Below are positions 37,474 through 50,274 of a DNA stretch of 64,000 bases, piece after piece (the first letter of the stretch is position 1; each line of letters begins with the position of its first letter). The notes beneath the pieces are model-generated. The model made no database searches. It was not told where the DNA came from and worked only from the letters and a program-made list of their open reading frames with translations. Origin of the DNA: Gekko japonicus (Eukaryota); the NCBI RefSeq assembly GCF_001447785.1, contig NW_015175996.1:417458-481457 (forward strand). Reading direction: 5' to 3'. Both the position numbers and the translations under genes were made by a program.

Positions 37474-37899
37474 GAGACAGGGCAATTCAGTGCCATGCAT
37501 ATGCAGATAGTTCTATCAAGAGGCAAACAATTGCTAACTCATAATACCTTGGCCAAAGAGCCAAACCTAGGAGAGAGGGATTTGGGAACTCATGGCTATG
37601 GCTGTATTTCTTCCTTTTGGAGAGGAATGGATGGTATAATCCACAAGGGGAGGGTCAGAGAAAAGATTATAAAATCTCTGGACATGGATATGAAGGTGTA
37701 ATGATTCCTTGTTTTATGAGGGGGTCTGTGCCTTTAAATGCTTGGTTGGAGTGCATGATTAGTAGACTAGTGATTGAGAGAGACAAATGTGCTGTGATTG
37801 GTGGATGACAGAGTGTGAGAGGGTTTTTTGAAGTGAATCTGTGTGGGTGTGTCAGTTATGGGAGACAGTTAGGAAAAGCAGTTGGGAGCTTCCAGTTTA

Positions 37900-38670
37900 T
37901 GGAGCAGTGATGGCGGATGTTCTCCCTGAACCACAAGAGAGTAATCCACACACCAGCGGTTTGGAGGGGTGCCACCTCAAGTGACACCCCCACGGAGCCT
38001 TTGCGATAGGCTCCAGGCCAGAGGGCTTTTGAGGGGTAGCCTCTTCGACAGCAGAACACTGAAGAATTGACGCTCCCCTCCACCCTGATGGTCCAGCTGC
38101 TGTGTGGCCTCCGGGCACAAGCTGGTTTGACCGGGACAAGCACCGGATGTTGAGCGGAATGGCATTTAAAGTGAGCAAGGTCAGAGAAACTGACCGACAA
38201 TGAACATGAGTTCACAATAAACCGGATTATTGTAAAAGCAGATCCCCCCCCCCTCTGGTAAAAGCGGATCGCAAAGAGGGATGCCTCTTATGTGAATGAA
38301 CTGATAAATGATATGAAGGGGGAGAGGGGAGGATACACAACGAGTGTGTTTTGAGAGACTTACTTGAATACCGACATCATGGGGTGATTTTTCGAGTCAG
38401 GGAGAAGTGGTAGAAACTGTAAACAAATCGGAAAAAATGGCAGCCCAGCAAAGAAAGCTGAAAACGAAACCACCGGGCAGCCAGAGCCCAAAACCGGAAG
38501 AGAGAGCAGACGTCATTAAAATGCTAGCAGACATGCTCAAGCTGGTGATGGAGCAACTCGATGGTATTAACCAGCAGTTGACTGTGATGAATAAGAACTT
38601 TGCATCTCAGCAGCTCCAGCTGAAAGAAATGGAGAAGAAAGTGGAGCAGGCAGCTGAGAAAATTAAAGAG
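37900..38670 (+). mobile_element. L1/HAL1-type 5'UTR and ORF1 N-terminus, 3'-truncated
   Basis: ORF 38407-38688 (ADVIKMLADMLKLVMEQLDGINQQL) resembles the N-terminal coiled coil of the 16817-17254 ORF1. CpG-containing UTR. Confidence 0.7.
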
Positions 38671-39696
38671 CACTTTTGTTTAGTATAATGCTATTGTAAT
38701 GTTATTGTATTGAATTGATTTTAAATGGTTTTATATATGTTTTATATTGGCTTATGCCTCTTGTAAGCTGCCCTGAGCCCNNNNNNNNNNNNNNNNNNNN
38801 NNNNNNNNNNNNNNNNNNNNNNNNNNNNNNNNNNNNNNNNNNNNNNNNNNNNNNNNNNNNNNNNNNNNNNNNNNNNNNNNNNNNNNNNNNNNNNNNNNNN
38901 NNNNNNNNNNNNNNNNNNNNNNNNNNNNNNNNNNNNNNNNNNNNNNNNNNNNNNNNNNNNNNNNNNNNNNNNNNNNNNNNNNNNNNNNNNNNNNNNNNNN
39001 NNNNNNNNNNNNNNNNNNNNNNNNNNNNNNNNNNNNNNNNNNNNNNNNNNNNNNNNNNNNNNNNNNNNNNNNNNNNNNNNNNNNNNNNNNNNNNNNNNNN
39101 NNNNNNNNNNNNNNNNNNNNNNNNNNNNNNNNNNNNNNNNNNNNNNNNNNNNNNNNNNNNNNNNNNNNNNNNNNNNNNNNNNNNNNNNNNNNNNNNNNNN
39201 NNNNNNNNNNNNNNNNNNNNNNNNNNNNNNNNNNNNNNNNNNNNNNNNNNNNNNNNNNNNNNNNNNNNNNNNNNNNNNNNNNNNNNNNNNNNNNNNNNNN
39301 NNNNNNNNNNNNNNNNNNNNNNNNNNNNNNNNNNNNNNNNNNNNNNNNNNNNNNNNNNNNNNNNNNNNNNNNNNNNNNNNNNNNNNNNNNNNNNNNNNNN
39401 NNNNNNNNNNNNNNNNNNNNNNNNNNNNNNNNNNNNNNNNNNNNNNNNNNNNNNNNNNNNNNNNNNNNNNNNNNNNNNNNNNNNNNNNNNNNNNNNNNNN
39501 NNNNNNNNNNNNNNNNNNNNNNNNNNNNNNNNNNNNNNNNNNNNNNNNNNNNNNNNNNNNNNNNNNNNNNNNNNNNNNNNNNNNNNNNNNNNNNNNNNNN
39601 NNNNNNNNNNNNNNNNNNNNNNNNNNNNNNNNNNNNNNNNNNNNNNNNNNNNNNNNNNNNNNNNNNNNNNNNNNNNNNNNNNNNNNNNNNNNNNNN

Positions 39697-40575
39697 TGAC
39701 ACTGTCTAACCATCTCATCCTTTGCCGTCCCCGTCTTCTTTGACCTTCAATCTTTCCCAGCATCAGGGTCTTCTCCAGTGAGTGCTCCCTTCTCATTTGG
39801 TGGCCAAAGTATTTGAGCTTCAGTTTCATTATCTGGCCTTCCAGGGAACAGTCAGGGTTGATTTCTTTTAGGATTGACTGATTTGATCTTCTTGCAGTCC
39901 AAGGGACTCTCAAGAGTCTTCTCCAGCACCATAGTTCAAAAGAATCTATTCTTCGGCGCTCGGCCTTCCTTATAGTCCAGCTCTCGCAGCCATACATGAC
40001 TACTGGGAATACCATTGCTTGGACCATGCGTATTTTTGTTGGCAGGGTGATGTCTCTACTTTTTATCATGCTGTTTAGGTTCGCCATCGCTTTCCTCCCA
40101 AGGAGCAGGCGTCTTTTAATTTCATGGCTGCAGTCACAGTCTGTGGTGATCTGGGATCCCAGGAACGTGAAGTCTGTCACTACTTCCACAGCTTCCCCTT
40201 CTATTTGCCAAGGAGTGATGGGGCCGGATGCCATGATCTTAGTTTTTTTGATGTTGAGCTTCAAGCCCACTTTTGCGCTCTCCTCTTTTACCCTGAGCAA
40301 GAGGCTCTTTAGGTCCTCTTCACTTTCAGCCATTAGAGTGGTATCATCTGCATATCTGAGGTTGTTGATCTTTTCCCCAGCAATCTTAATTCCCGCTTGT
40401 GATTCATCCAGGCCAGCATTTCGCATGATGTACTCTGCATATATATTAAATAAGCAAGGTGACAATATACATCCTTGTCGTACTCCTTTTCCTATGCTGA
40501 ACCAATCAGTTGTTCCATATCCGGTTCTAACTGTCGCTTCTTGGCCCTTATACAGGTTTCTCAAGAGGCATGTGA
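39697..40575 (-). mobile_element. RTE-BovB LINE, RT C-terminal half with open frame
   Basis: GVRQGCILSPCLFN, NNLRYADDTTL and YGCESWT.RKAERRRIDSFELWCWRR in ORF 38702-40564. Confidence 0.95.
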
Positions 40576-41949
40576 GGGGATTTTTTAAAAAAGGAAAAGC
40601 AGTTGGAATTGTTCAGTTGAAATTAAGTCAGTGAGAGTTCAGTTAGTTCTGAGTGAGTTCTTAAGGAGAGCAGTATATATGTCCTTAGCCTGTGTGGCTA
40701 ACTATAGGAAAGGACTCCTGTTAATGTTGGAACTGAGTGTCAAAACAAACAAAAGTAAAGGAAAAAAGACTGTGTGTGTGTGATACATTTGATAGACACG
40801 TTTTCAAGGCCCTTTATCCAAATAGTTACAGAATAACCAACCTCATATTTTGTTTTTACTTCAATAAATCATCTTTTGTTCAAGTTTATACCTGAATTTA
40901 GTTCTATTTGTCCTCAGGACCACATAGATTCCTGAAAAGCCCCGACTCTAGATCACCTTACCAGCAAAAGTAACAGAGAGAAGGTTTGGAAATTCTTAAT
41001 TTCCTGGTGGCGGCCGAATCTACCCCTTTTCAAAAGCAAAGAGCGCATTTAAAGAGAAAACCAGTCCTCCCTAATAAAAGGATGCCACAGAAGGTCTCTT
41101 CTCATCTTAGATATGTTCTGCTTAGGTCTTCAACTCTGTCCAGTTAACATCACGGATTAAACCATGAATGTGGTTTAATGAAGGGGAAGAAGAAGAGTTG
41201 GTTTTATACCCTGCTTTCACTATCTGTAGATAAAACTGCAGTCATTGTTTCCTCCCAACCATACTCTTGAAATCTGACTTAATTCAGTGGTGGGAAAAAA
41301 TGCTGTATTTTTTAAAAATGTAAACAAAATAGGTTCATGTGCAAAGATAAAGGAATTCAAAAATAGCACTTACAATATCAGTATGAAGTAGGTTATAATG
41401 CCTTGCCAAACTAAGTCTATACAAGAAAAACTTTTTTTTCAAGCACAGTAAAAATTCTTAAAGGAAAAATTAATCAGGAGCAACAATGACAACGAGCAAA
41501 ACAAAAGATGGTCACAGTAAGAATATATAAAGCAAACAGGAATTAAAGGGAGAATAGTAGTGTTAGCTTAGAGTTTGTGTGCAGCAGAAAGAAGGGTGCT
41601 GCCTTAGGAATACAGTCCATTCAAGAATTGTTGCTTTCAGAAATTAAAGTCCTTTATTAAGAAACTATATACAAGAACAGGAAATGATGTAATAATCTAT
41701 CTAGGCTAGGATGGAAAGAGATTGTGAGAGCTCAACTTGCCTTTGTGGAAGTTAGATACAGAAGCAAGAAGAGAAGGAAGTTAGCAGGAACACAGGAAAC
41801 CTGAGCATAGCGATCTGGGTAAACAAAGAGCAGTAGAGCAGACAAGAGGAAAGATACAGAGGAAACAGACCTATCTAGCTTGCTAGCTCTACTGCCCTTT
41901 CTAAAGTACTGGTGAGCTCTGTATAAAAAGACATTGCACAGTTTTACAG

Positions 41950-42605
41950 TTTTGTAAAACTCTGGATGAAAGATCTGAAAGCCTCAATAAATCCAGAGAT
42001 TTGGGCTTCAATGTTAAGAAGTGGTTTAAATTTTTCAGTAAACCTTTCTGCCAAAGAAAATTTAATAAAAATGCTGCATCAGTGACACCTACCACTCTAT
42101 CAATTGGCAAAAAATTACCAAGGAGCTAAAGGGGATTGTTGGTATGTGGAGCTTCCAATTCCAATTTTATACATATTTGGTGGGAATGTAATAGAGCGGT
42201 AGAATTCTGGGATGTGATTGCTACAGCTGTCTCTCAAGGTATAAGGAAAGTTATCTATTTTTTTTTTGTTGAATCATGTAGATTTCCTTTCTAAAGATGT
42301 TCATGAATTTCTTCTTAATGCCATAACATCTGCAAGGTTAACATTTGCTCAAAATTGGAAGAATATAATTCCAAAGAAGAATTATTGGCTAGAAAAATTA
42401 GCAGAGTGTATTCAATTATATAAACTAACCTGTTTATTACATGGCCAAGGGTCCAATAAATTTGGGAAATGGAATGGTTTTTGTCCAGAATGAGAAGTTA
42501 ATTTCGAGTGTGTATAATTGACGTTTATAAAAGCTTTGTAATGTGTATGCTGTATTTCGGACTTCTTTCTGTTTCGAATTTATTTTTATTTTTTTAATTA
42601 AAATA
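41950..42605 (+). mobile_element. Decayed L1 3' fragment
   Basis: CWYV...HIWWEC at ~42135-42190 and ITSARLTFAQNWK in ORF 42266-42493. Confidence 0.7.
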
Positions 42606-43959
42606 AAGCCCGTATGGTCAAAGTAATGGTATTCCCAGGAGTAATGTATGGCTGCAAGAGTTGAACTATAAGGAAGGCTGAGCACTGAAGAATAGATGCT
42701 TTCAAATTATGGTGCTGGAGAAGACTCTTGAGAGTCCCTTGGACTGCAAGGAGATCAAATCAGTCAATCCTAAAAGAAATCAATCCTGACTGTTCCCTGG
42801 AAGGTCAGATACTGAAGCTGAAGCTCAAATACTTTGGCCACAAAATGAGAAGGCGGCATTCACTGGAGAAGTCCCTGATGCTGGGAAAGATTGAAGGTGT
42901 CCCAGCCCAGGACTAGACCACCCCAACTCCAAGACTCAGACTCCCTCGGAAGAACCTCAAAACAGTCCGTGGGAGGGGAAGCAACAATACACGCCATCCT
43001 TGCAGACTGTCAAGAACGTCTCACCCCAAGGGAACCCCAGGCCAGAGGCATGGAGGGAAGAACAGGCCAACCAGCAGGTGTCCATGGGGGAAGAATTAGA
43101 AGATGTCATGCAGATGGCACAGCTCAGACCAGGCCGGTACTTACTGTGTGGAGCTGGGCCGATGAGGGGGCAGCCCACACTCGACATGCAGCCAGGGGGC
43201 TGCAAGAACCAGAGATTCATCCTTCCCCAATGCCCAGAAGCAGAAGGCACCGTGAAGATGCGCCTGGTCCCAAACCAGGGCCCCCTGAGGGTGGAGCTCC
43301 ACGTCAGCAATGCAACAATCCCATCTGACTCCAGAGACAGTGAGGAATGCACCCCACTACCCAAGCCCGGTGGCAGAATTGGGTGGCCACACCCGATTGC
43401 AGAGTAGAATGCCAAGACCTTCTAAAGGGCGGGGCCAGGAGGGCTGCCCAAACCCCAGCACAATCAACCAAGCCAGGGGAAGAAGGAAAGATACCACGGG
43501 GGATGAGCACGGCATGAGCACGGGTTGGGAAAGAGAATAAAAGAGAGGAGAACGCCAGAACCGAGGAGGATATGGTGGAGTGAGGAACAGACGTGTGGTG
43601 GACTCAGAGATAGACAACTGTAATGCCAGGAGGTCTGAACTCCATTTGGGAACGGTTCCCTGACGTGGGCAGCTTGGCTCATAAGGGACCTTCGCTTTCT
43701 GAGGTGTATGGCGGAACTCTAGGTCCCTTTCTCAACCTATGCCCGGCCAAAGAGGGGCGGGGCCTTAGTGCCCACCCGACAGAAGGTCAAAGAAGAAGGG
43801 GATGGCAAAGGATGAGATGGGTAGACAGTGTTATCGATGCAACGAACATGAAATTAAGCAAACTCTGAAGCACGATGGAAGACAGGAGGGCCTGACATGA
43901 TGTTGTCCATGGGGCTGTGAAGAGTCGGACTTGACTGTGCGACTGAACAACAACAACAA
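42606..43959 (+). mobile_element. RTE-BovB 3' end interrupted by a solo LTR
   Basis: LRVPWTARRSNQSILKEINPDCSLEGQ continues after 43781 as EGQRRRGWQRMRWVDSV. Tail gactgaa(caa)n. Confidence 0.92.
42898..43781 (+). mobile_element. Solo LTR (884 bp) inserted into BovB
   Basis: TGTC...GACA termini, 5-bp TSD gaagg (42893-42897, 43782-43786), AATAAA at ~43536. Confidence 0.88.
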
Positions 43960-44736
43960 GTTTAAGAAAGAAGGATAAAAGATACATAGCACAGTCCTTC
44001 CCTTCCAACAATTCATACATCTTTAGTATTCATAGAAGTATACAAATGCACACAGTGTATTCTTTTTTATGTGAGGAGTCAGTTTAGTCCCTTGCCAATG
44101 TGAAGGACTGAATATGAACTAATACTATCAAACAAACTCTTGCATTACTGAGTTTCAAAAAAGCATCCTAGTAAGAGAAAATTAAGTTAAAAGATCAATA
44201 CAAATATATTGTTTTAGGCACAAAATATAGATTTATGCTGGTTCTCACCCTACTTACAGGAATGTTGATTATCTCTCTATGTCTGAATTCTTAACAAACG
44301 GCTTTGTTGTATATTTACAAAGAAATAGAGAGATCAGCTGGATTCTGGAATTAAAGTACCTTCTTCAACCTCCTGGATTAATTTTGCATTGATCTTTGCA
44401 GACAATGGCCAGAATTATATCCCCTTTTACAAAAAAAAAAAAAAAAAAAAAAGCGGGGGGGGAGAAATTAAGTTTGGAAAGCCAAGTAAGAAGAAATTAA
44501 GCTCAGGAAGTCATCAGCAAGATTTCTCTTGTGAGTCTTTTCTTTCTTTTTTCTTGTAAGTCTATTTTGCGATAAGGAGAAGAATAGAAGAGGCAGAAGT
44601 GTAGTCCAATTTCCCCCCCCCTTAAACATAGGAACACAGAAATATTTGATTACTGTGCATGTTACTAGAGAGAGGGCTATAGCCCTTTAAACTCCCCAGC
44701 AATTGTTTAATGATGCAGCAGGTTCAATGTATTCAG

Positions 44737-44991
44737 TAGGGTTGCTAGGTCTCCCCTGGTTGCCAACGGGCATGGGGGGGTGGGAGGTAGGATTGCCAGC
44801 TCCAGGTTGGGGAACTCCTGGAGATCTGGGGATGGAGCCTGGGGAGGACAGAGGCCTCAGTGGGGTACAATGCCATATAGAGTCCACCATCCAAAGCCTC
44901 CATTTTCTCCAGTGGAACAGATCTCAGTAGTCTGGAGAGGAGCTGTAATTCCAGGGGATCCCCAGGTCCCACCTGGAGGCTGGTATCCCTA
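44737..44991. mobile_element. TAGGGTTGCCA-family hAT-like MITE (opposite orientation to the 37227 copy)
   Basis: tagggttgctagg...tggtatcccta. Degenerate TSD gtattcag/gcactcag. Confidence 0.8.
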
Positions 44992-45129
44992 GCACTCAGG
45001 TCCAATGCGTGCAAACACCTACAGGGTCATCATAAATCAGCTGCATCTTCACAGCAAAAAAAAAAAAAGTCCCACTCTAAAGTTTGTGATTACAGGTATA
45101 GAGCACTGATTTCAATCATGGTGACCATT

Positions 45130-45410
45130 TTTCCACTCTGGTACCTGTCATTCCAGTCACACAACATTTCTACCACTCCCAGAGGCTGTTATTCCAGCCC
45201 CAGAGCACTGTTTCTATTCTTAGGGAACTGTCATTCCACTCTGGGGCCTGTCATTCCAGGCCCAGAATATTTCAGCTACTCCTGGAGCTGTCATTCTACT
45301 CTGTGTGCTGTCATTCCCAAACCAGAACACTCAAATTGCTTCCAGGGGACATTGTTCCATTCTGGAAGCTATTATTCCAGGCCTAGAAAACTTCTGCTAC
45401 TCCCAGGGAC
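45130..45410 (+). repeat. Degenerate minisatellite (ctgtcattcca motif); a second block lies at ~47190-47490
   Basis: Recurrent ctgtcattccactctg / ctgtcattccag / ctgctactccca units. Confidence 0.6.
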
Positions 45411-45535
45411 CATCAAAGGCGGTTTGCCATTGCCTGTCTCTGCCTAGTGACCCTGGTACTCCTCAGGGGTCTCCCATTCAAATACTAACCAGGGGTTACC
45501 CTGATTAACTTCCAAGATCTGATGAGATCAGGCTA
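45411..45535 (-). mobile_element. 5S rRNA-derived SINE fragment
   Basis: Minus strand cctgatctcatcagatcttggaag...ggttagtatttgaatgggagacc resembles the 5S internal control region, followed by gcaatggcaaacc. Confidence 0.75.
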
Positions 45536-45662
45536 TATTTTAACATTTCTGGAGGTTTTGTGGTTATCCCCAAATCAGCTCCACCTTAATAGATTTCCTG
45601 CTTGTCAGCTTCTCTTACTTCTTCCAGAGTCATGGTGCTAATATCACCCACCTCCTTCTACT

Positions 45663-46910
45663 CATAAGAACATAAAAGAAGCCAATGTTCGATCAGGCCA
45701 ATGGCCCATCCCGTCCAACACTCTGTCACACAGTGGCCAAAAATACCTGGTGCCATCAGGAGGTCCACCAGTGGAGCCAGGACACTAGAAGCCCTCCCAC
45801 TGTTGCCCCCCACAAGCACGAAGAATACAAAGCATCACTTGCCCCAGACAAAGAGTTCCTATCTATACCTTGTGGCTAATAGCCACTAATGGACCTCTGC
45901 TCCATATGTTTATCCAATTCCCTCTTGAAGCCACCCATGCTTGTAGCTGCAGCCACCTCCTGTGGCAATGAATTCCATGAGTTAATCACTCTTTGGGTGA
46001 AGAAATACTTCCTTTTATCCATCCTAACCTGACTGCTCAGCAAATTCATTGAGTGCCTACAAATTCTTGTATTGTGAGAAAGGGAGAAAAGTACTTATTT
46101 CTCTACATGCTCTATCCTATGTATAATCTTGTAAACCTCTTTCATGTCACCCCTCAGCCATAATTTCTCCAAGCTAAAGAGCCCCAAGTGCTTTAACCTT
46201 TCTTCATAGGGAAAGTGTTCCAAACCTTTTATCGTTCTAGTAGCCCTTTTCTGCACTTTTTCCAATGTTATAATATCCTTTCTGAGGTGTGGTGACCAGA
46301 ATTGCATACAGTATTCCAAATCAGGTTGCACCATTGATTTATACAGGGGCATTATGATACTGGCTGATTTGTTTTCAATTCCCCCACTCGGCCATCCTTG
46401 ACAGATCCCTTTGGAGTGCCTTACAATCCTCCCTGGCTTTCACCACCCTGAACAATTTTGTGTCATCTGCAAATTTAGCCACTTCACTGCTTACTCCCAA
46501 CTCCAAATCATTAATAAACAAGTTAAAAAGTATTGGACCGAGTACTGATCCCTGTGGTACCCCATTGCCTACCATCCTCCACTGTGAAAATTGCCCATTT
46601 ATACTCACTCTCTATTTCCTATTAATTAGCTAGTTTTTGATCCACAAGAGGATTTGTCCTTTTATCCCATGACTATTGAGCTTACTTAGGAGCCTTTAAT
46701 GAGGAACTTTATGAAAAGCTTTCTGGAAGTCAAGGTAAACAACATCAATTGGGTCCCCCTTGTCCACATGTTTGTTTGCCTCTCCAAAGAACACTAACAG
46801 GTCAGTGAGACAAGATCTTCCCTTACAGAACCCATGCTGAGTCTGCCTCAGTAGTTTTTGTTCATCAATGTGCCTACTAATTGTCTCCTTAATAATGGTT
46901 TCCACCAACT
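45663..46910 (-). mobile_element. CR1 LINE 3' 1.25 kb (RT domain)
   Basis: QHGFCKGRSCLT, VYLDFQKAF, GVPQGSVLGP and KFADDTKL. Tail matches the 23588-24086 copy. Confidence 0.93.
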
Positions 46911-46942
46911 CTGCTGACAAGTATAAAGCTTGCCCTTCTCCC

Positions 46943-47157
46943 TTGGACTGACAACCTCCAGGTGATGGCTGGCAATCTCCCGCTATTACAGCTGATCTCC
47001 AGATTATCAAGATTAGTTCACTTGGAGGAAATGGCTGCTTTGGAAGCTGGACTCTATGGCATTATACCCCATTGAAGTTCCTCCCCAAACCCCACCATCC
47101 TCAGGCTCCACCCTCAAAATCTCCAGGTATCTCCCAAATCCCAAGCTGGCAATCCTA
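46943..47157. mobile_element. TAGGGTTGCCA-family hAT-like MITE
   Basis: Ends ctggcaatccta. Degenerate TSD cttctccc/cctttccc. Confidence 0.7.
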
Positions 47158-48622
47158 CCTTTCCCACTTCTTTAGAGCTGTTGTCTTCTTTAGAGCACTT
47201 CTGCTTCTCCCACAGACTGTCATTCAAATCTGGGAGCTGTCATTCTAGGCACAGAACACGTCTGCTACTCATAGAGGCTGGCATTCCACTTGGAGTACTG
47301 ATCCAACCACAGATCACGTCTGCTATTCCCAGGTGCTGTCATTCCACCCTGGCACCTCTCATTGCAGTACCAGAACACTTTTGCTATTCCTAGAGACCAT
47401 CATTCCACTCTGAGGCCTGTTATTCCAGTCCCAGATCACTTCTGTTACTCCCAGGGACCATTGTTCTACTCTGAAGCCTGTCATTTCAGACCAGGAGTTC
47501 AGGTACCTTTGCCTGTACCTTTGATAGTGAAAACCTGACACAGAGCTGAGATGGCTTGGTGCTACTTGGTGAAACTCCAGGTTTTGTACACAAAAAGCAC
47601 ACATTTTCTGACACATTGTACTTCCTATGATTACCAATACCTGAGATTACATTCTGAGGTAATTTTAAATTGCAGATCTATTATCAAATTAAATTTAAAA
47701 TCTAGTTCTGACTTTCAGTACTAATAAACTGGGCATTTTATATTACTTCTGTTTAATTTTTTTCATGAATTAGCATGGCTCAAGAGATCTAATTTTTACA
47801 TTCTAAGTATGAACAAAACACCATTCAATCCTATTATTTCCCATGTCATAACAAAACGCTGTCCAGTAGTTACTGCCTTTTGCACTGGTTTACCTGCAGC
47901 GTGTTCTATATTGGGATTGAAAAATGATTAATGAGAACCACTTGACAATAATGTTAGACATGGACCTTTTAGGCTAAGTTTTAAAAATTTCATCACTCGG
48001 CTCACTGTGTAATCTTGACCAAGTCACTATGGCTTTTTCCAACCTAGGGTTCTTTTGAGATATTTGTTTCTTTACTTCATTTATACCCTGCCTTTCTTTC
48101 CTAGCAGGGACTCAAAGTGAGAAAGGGCATTGGTTATACTCTCTTGGCCAGGCCCTACAAAAACCTGGAACTGGCCCTGAAGGGAGGCACTAGATCACCA
48201 AAGATGAACAGCCTTTCCTGATTATTTCCAAATGTTGCTTTCCAGTTCAGATCAGTTTTAATATATGGTATTTGATGACTTCCAATCCCCCTAGTAAATG
48301 GCATTTTCTTTGTGCTGTGTCAACAAAGTTGTACCAATGGGAAGTAGAATAAATTGCCCTTTGTTGTCTACAGAGCTGTTAGAGTTCAAATTAAGAAATC
48401 CTGAGCAACTGATGCATTAAACAAAATGTTAAATCGGTCAGCAAAACCACATCTGTTATGCCCAGTACAATTCTGTCCATGTGCCATGTGTTCATATCAC
48501 ACTTGGGGGATATTTATCAGTATATCTGTAAAGGAAAATGCAAGTTTGAATGGGACAGAATGCTCTTTACCTGTATTTCATTTAAAAAGTAAATCCTTCA
48601 GACTTCTCAGAATATTATAGCA

Positions 48623-50274
48623 CTAGAAGTAAGGCCCGTTGTAGAAAGATGCGATATTGAAAGAATGCTAAAGACCTGTGAGGTAGCTCACACAAAGTCA
48701 GCTTAGAGGGAATACTGCTTCAGACCACGGGTGTGGTAGAAGGTTCCCCCCACTCACAGGCTGTATCCCACTGTGACACAGTCTCTGAATGTTTACAACT
48801 TATGTGTCATGCCCCACCTCTGGTGGTTGTTCCAGGTCCTCTTGTTTGTGCGTGGCCACATAGAGCTGGATATCAGTGTGTATGTGTCTCTGGTTTGCCA
48901 CGTGTCTTGGCTGTGTGGCTGCTGGTTATTTGTGTGTATGACCCCAATGCTCTCTCCATGCTTGTCTGAGGTCCCACCCCTCCTCAAACTCACCCCTCTC
49001 CAAGCTCTATCCCTGAAATATCCTGGAATTTCCCAACTAGAGTTGTCAAGTCTATCTCCTCCCCTGGCAAGCATAAAGGTATCTCTCCTTTATTTCCCTC
49101 TCAGTCTTCAGGTCGCCCCCTCCCCTGACCTGCAGTCGCATCAATGCTTGCAAGCCCTGACTGCCACGTCACAGCAGTGTTGTAGGGTTAGGAGTGTGTG
49201 ATATGTCCAGAAAGTGCAGGAGTCAGGCAAGGCAGCCAGTGGATAGGGACAGCCTCTGAGTGACACATCATGGAGGCAAGTGACTTACAGCAGCTCTCTG
49301 GAGTCCCACAGATATAACTGTAGCATCATTGCTAAGTCAATGGATGTTTCTGCATCAGCATCCATGGATCGTGGTCATGGGCACGCACACACACACACAT
49401 GCCCATGTCTTGCATAGGTGTGAGATCCTCTAGAAATGTGTCCCGAGGCGGGCGAGGGTCAGCGGCCTGAGCTCTATGCAGCAGAGGAGGAAGGCCAGGG
49501 CCTACCAGAGGCCCAAGGGGACAGTGATCTATGCTGTTGTCAGGCATGCTGGGGAAGTGGGCAGGCTACTTGGCAGGGCTGGGTCCCAAGGCGGCGGAGG
49601 TTTGGTGGCCTGAGCTCTAAGCACTGGAGGAGGAAGGGCGGGGCCTACCAGAGGGCCGAGGGGACAGCGATCTGCGCCATCGTCAGGTCTCTTGGATGCT
49701 GTGGTCCCAGGCTGTGGGGTGTGCGATGGCAGGCGGCAGCAATCCCGGGTGCCAGAGATCGCTGCAATGGTGGAGTGAGGTAAAGGGAGGGAAGCGCAGC
49801 CCAGCACGATCCAAAGGTGGCGATGGTGGGGCCCAGCAGTTTTCTCAGGGCAGCAGCAGTGATGACCAGGCTGTTGGCAGCGGACTTCATCCCATCCCGT
49901 TGCTCCCGTTCCCTGACCATGAGTCCACCAGCGAGAAGACCCCATGTGCTGTTGGCCCCCTGGCAGGCAAGTAGGAACGACTGGGGGGGGGAGGCTGGCT
50001 GCTTATCTCATTGACTCATTGGGGCTCTTGAAGGGCCCAAGGCTGGGCCGGGAGCAGCGGCAGCGGGCAGTGGCAGGGTCACAGTCACTGGGAAGCTTCT
50101 CTCCTGAGGTGAAGCTGTGTCCTGTGGTGAATTTTGGCAGGCAGTGCTTCTGTGGGCAGGAATCTGGGAATGCAGCCAATGGATTCGGACACCTTCGGAG
50201 TGACGGATCAGCCAGCCAACTGATTTTGCCGCACATAGAATGTTGCCATGCGAAAATGCTTTTATATATAAGGA
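48623..50274 (-). mobile_element. Non-autonomous Helitron-like element
   Basis: Minus strand starts TCCTTATATATAAAA and ends ...caacgggccttacttCTAG|T. GC-rich internal repeats (49450-49540 similar to 49590-49690). Confidence 0.65.

Larger units (their letters stand above)
37697..41089 (+). mobile_element. LTR-element remnant (pieces ~37697-37900 and ~40571-41089) with foreign sequence and a gap between
   Basis: TGTAATG...GCCACA termini flanked by 5-bp gaagg (37692-37696, 41090-41094). The two pieces share tgtgag..gg.tttttt and aggaaaagcagttgg. Confidence 0.55.

Noticed and set aside
38702-40564. 620-aa ORF and other X-rich ORFs
   Set aside because: Length is inflated by the N gap; the real part is BovB RT.
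42891-43868. Cluster of overlapping ORFs
   Set aside because: They lie in a GC-rich solo LTR and show no gag/pol/env motifs.
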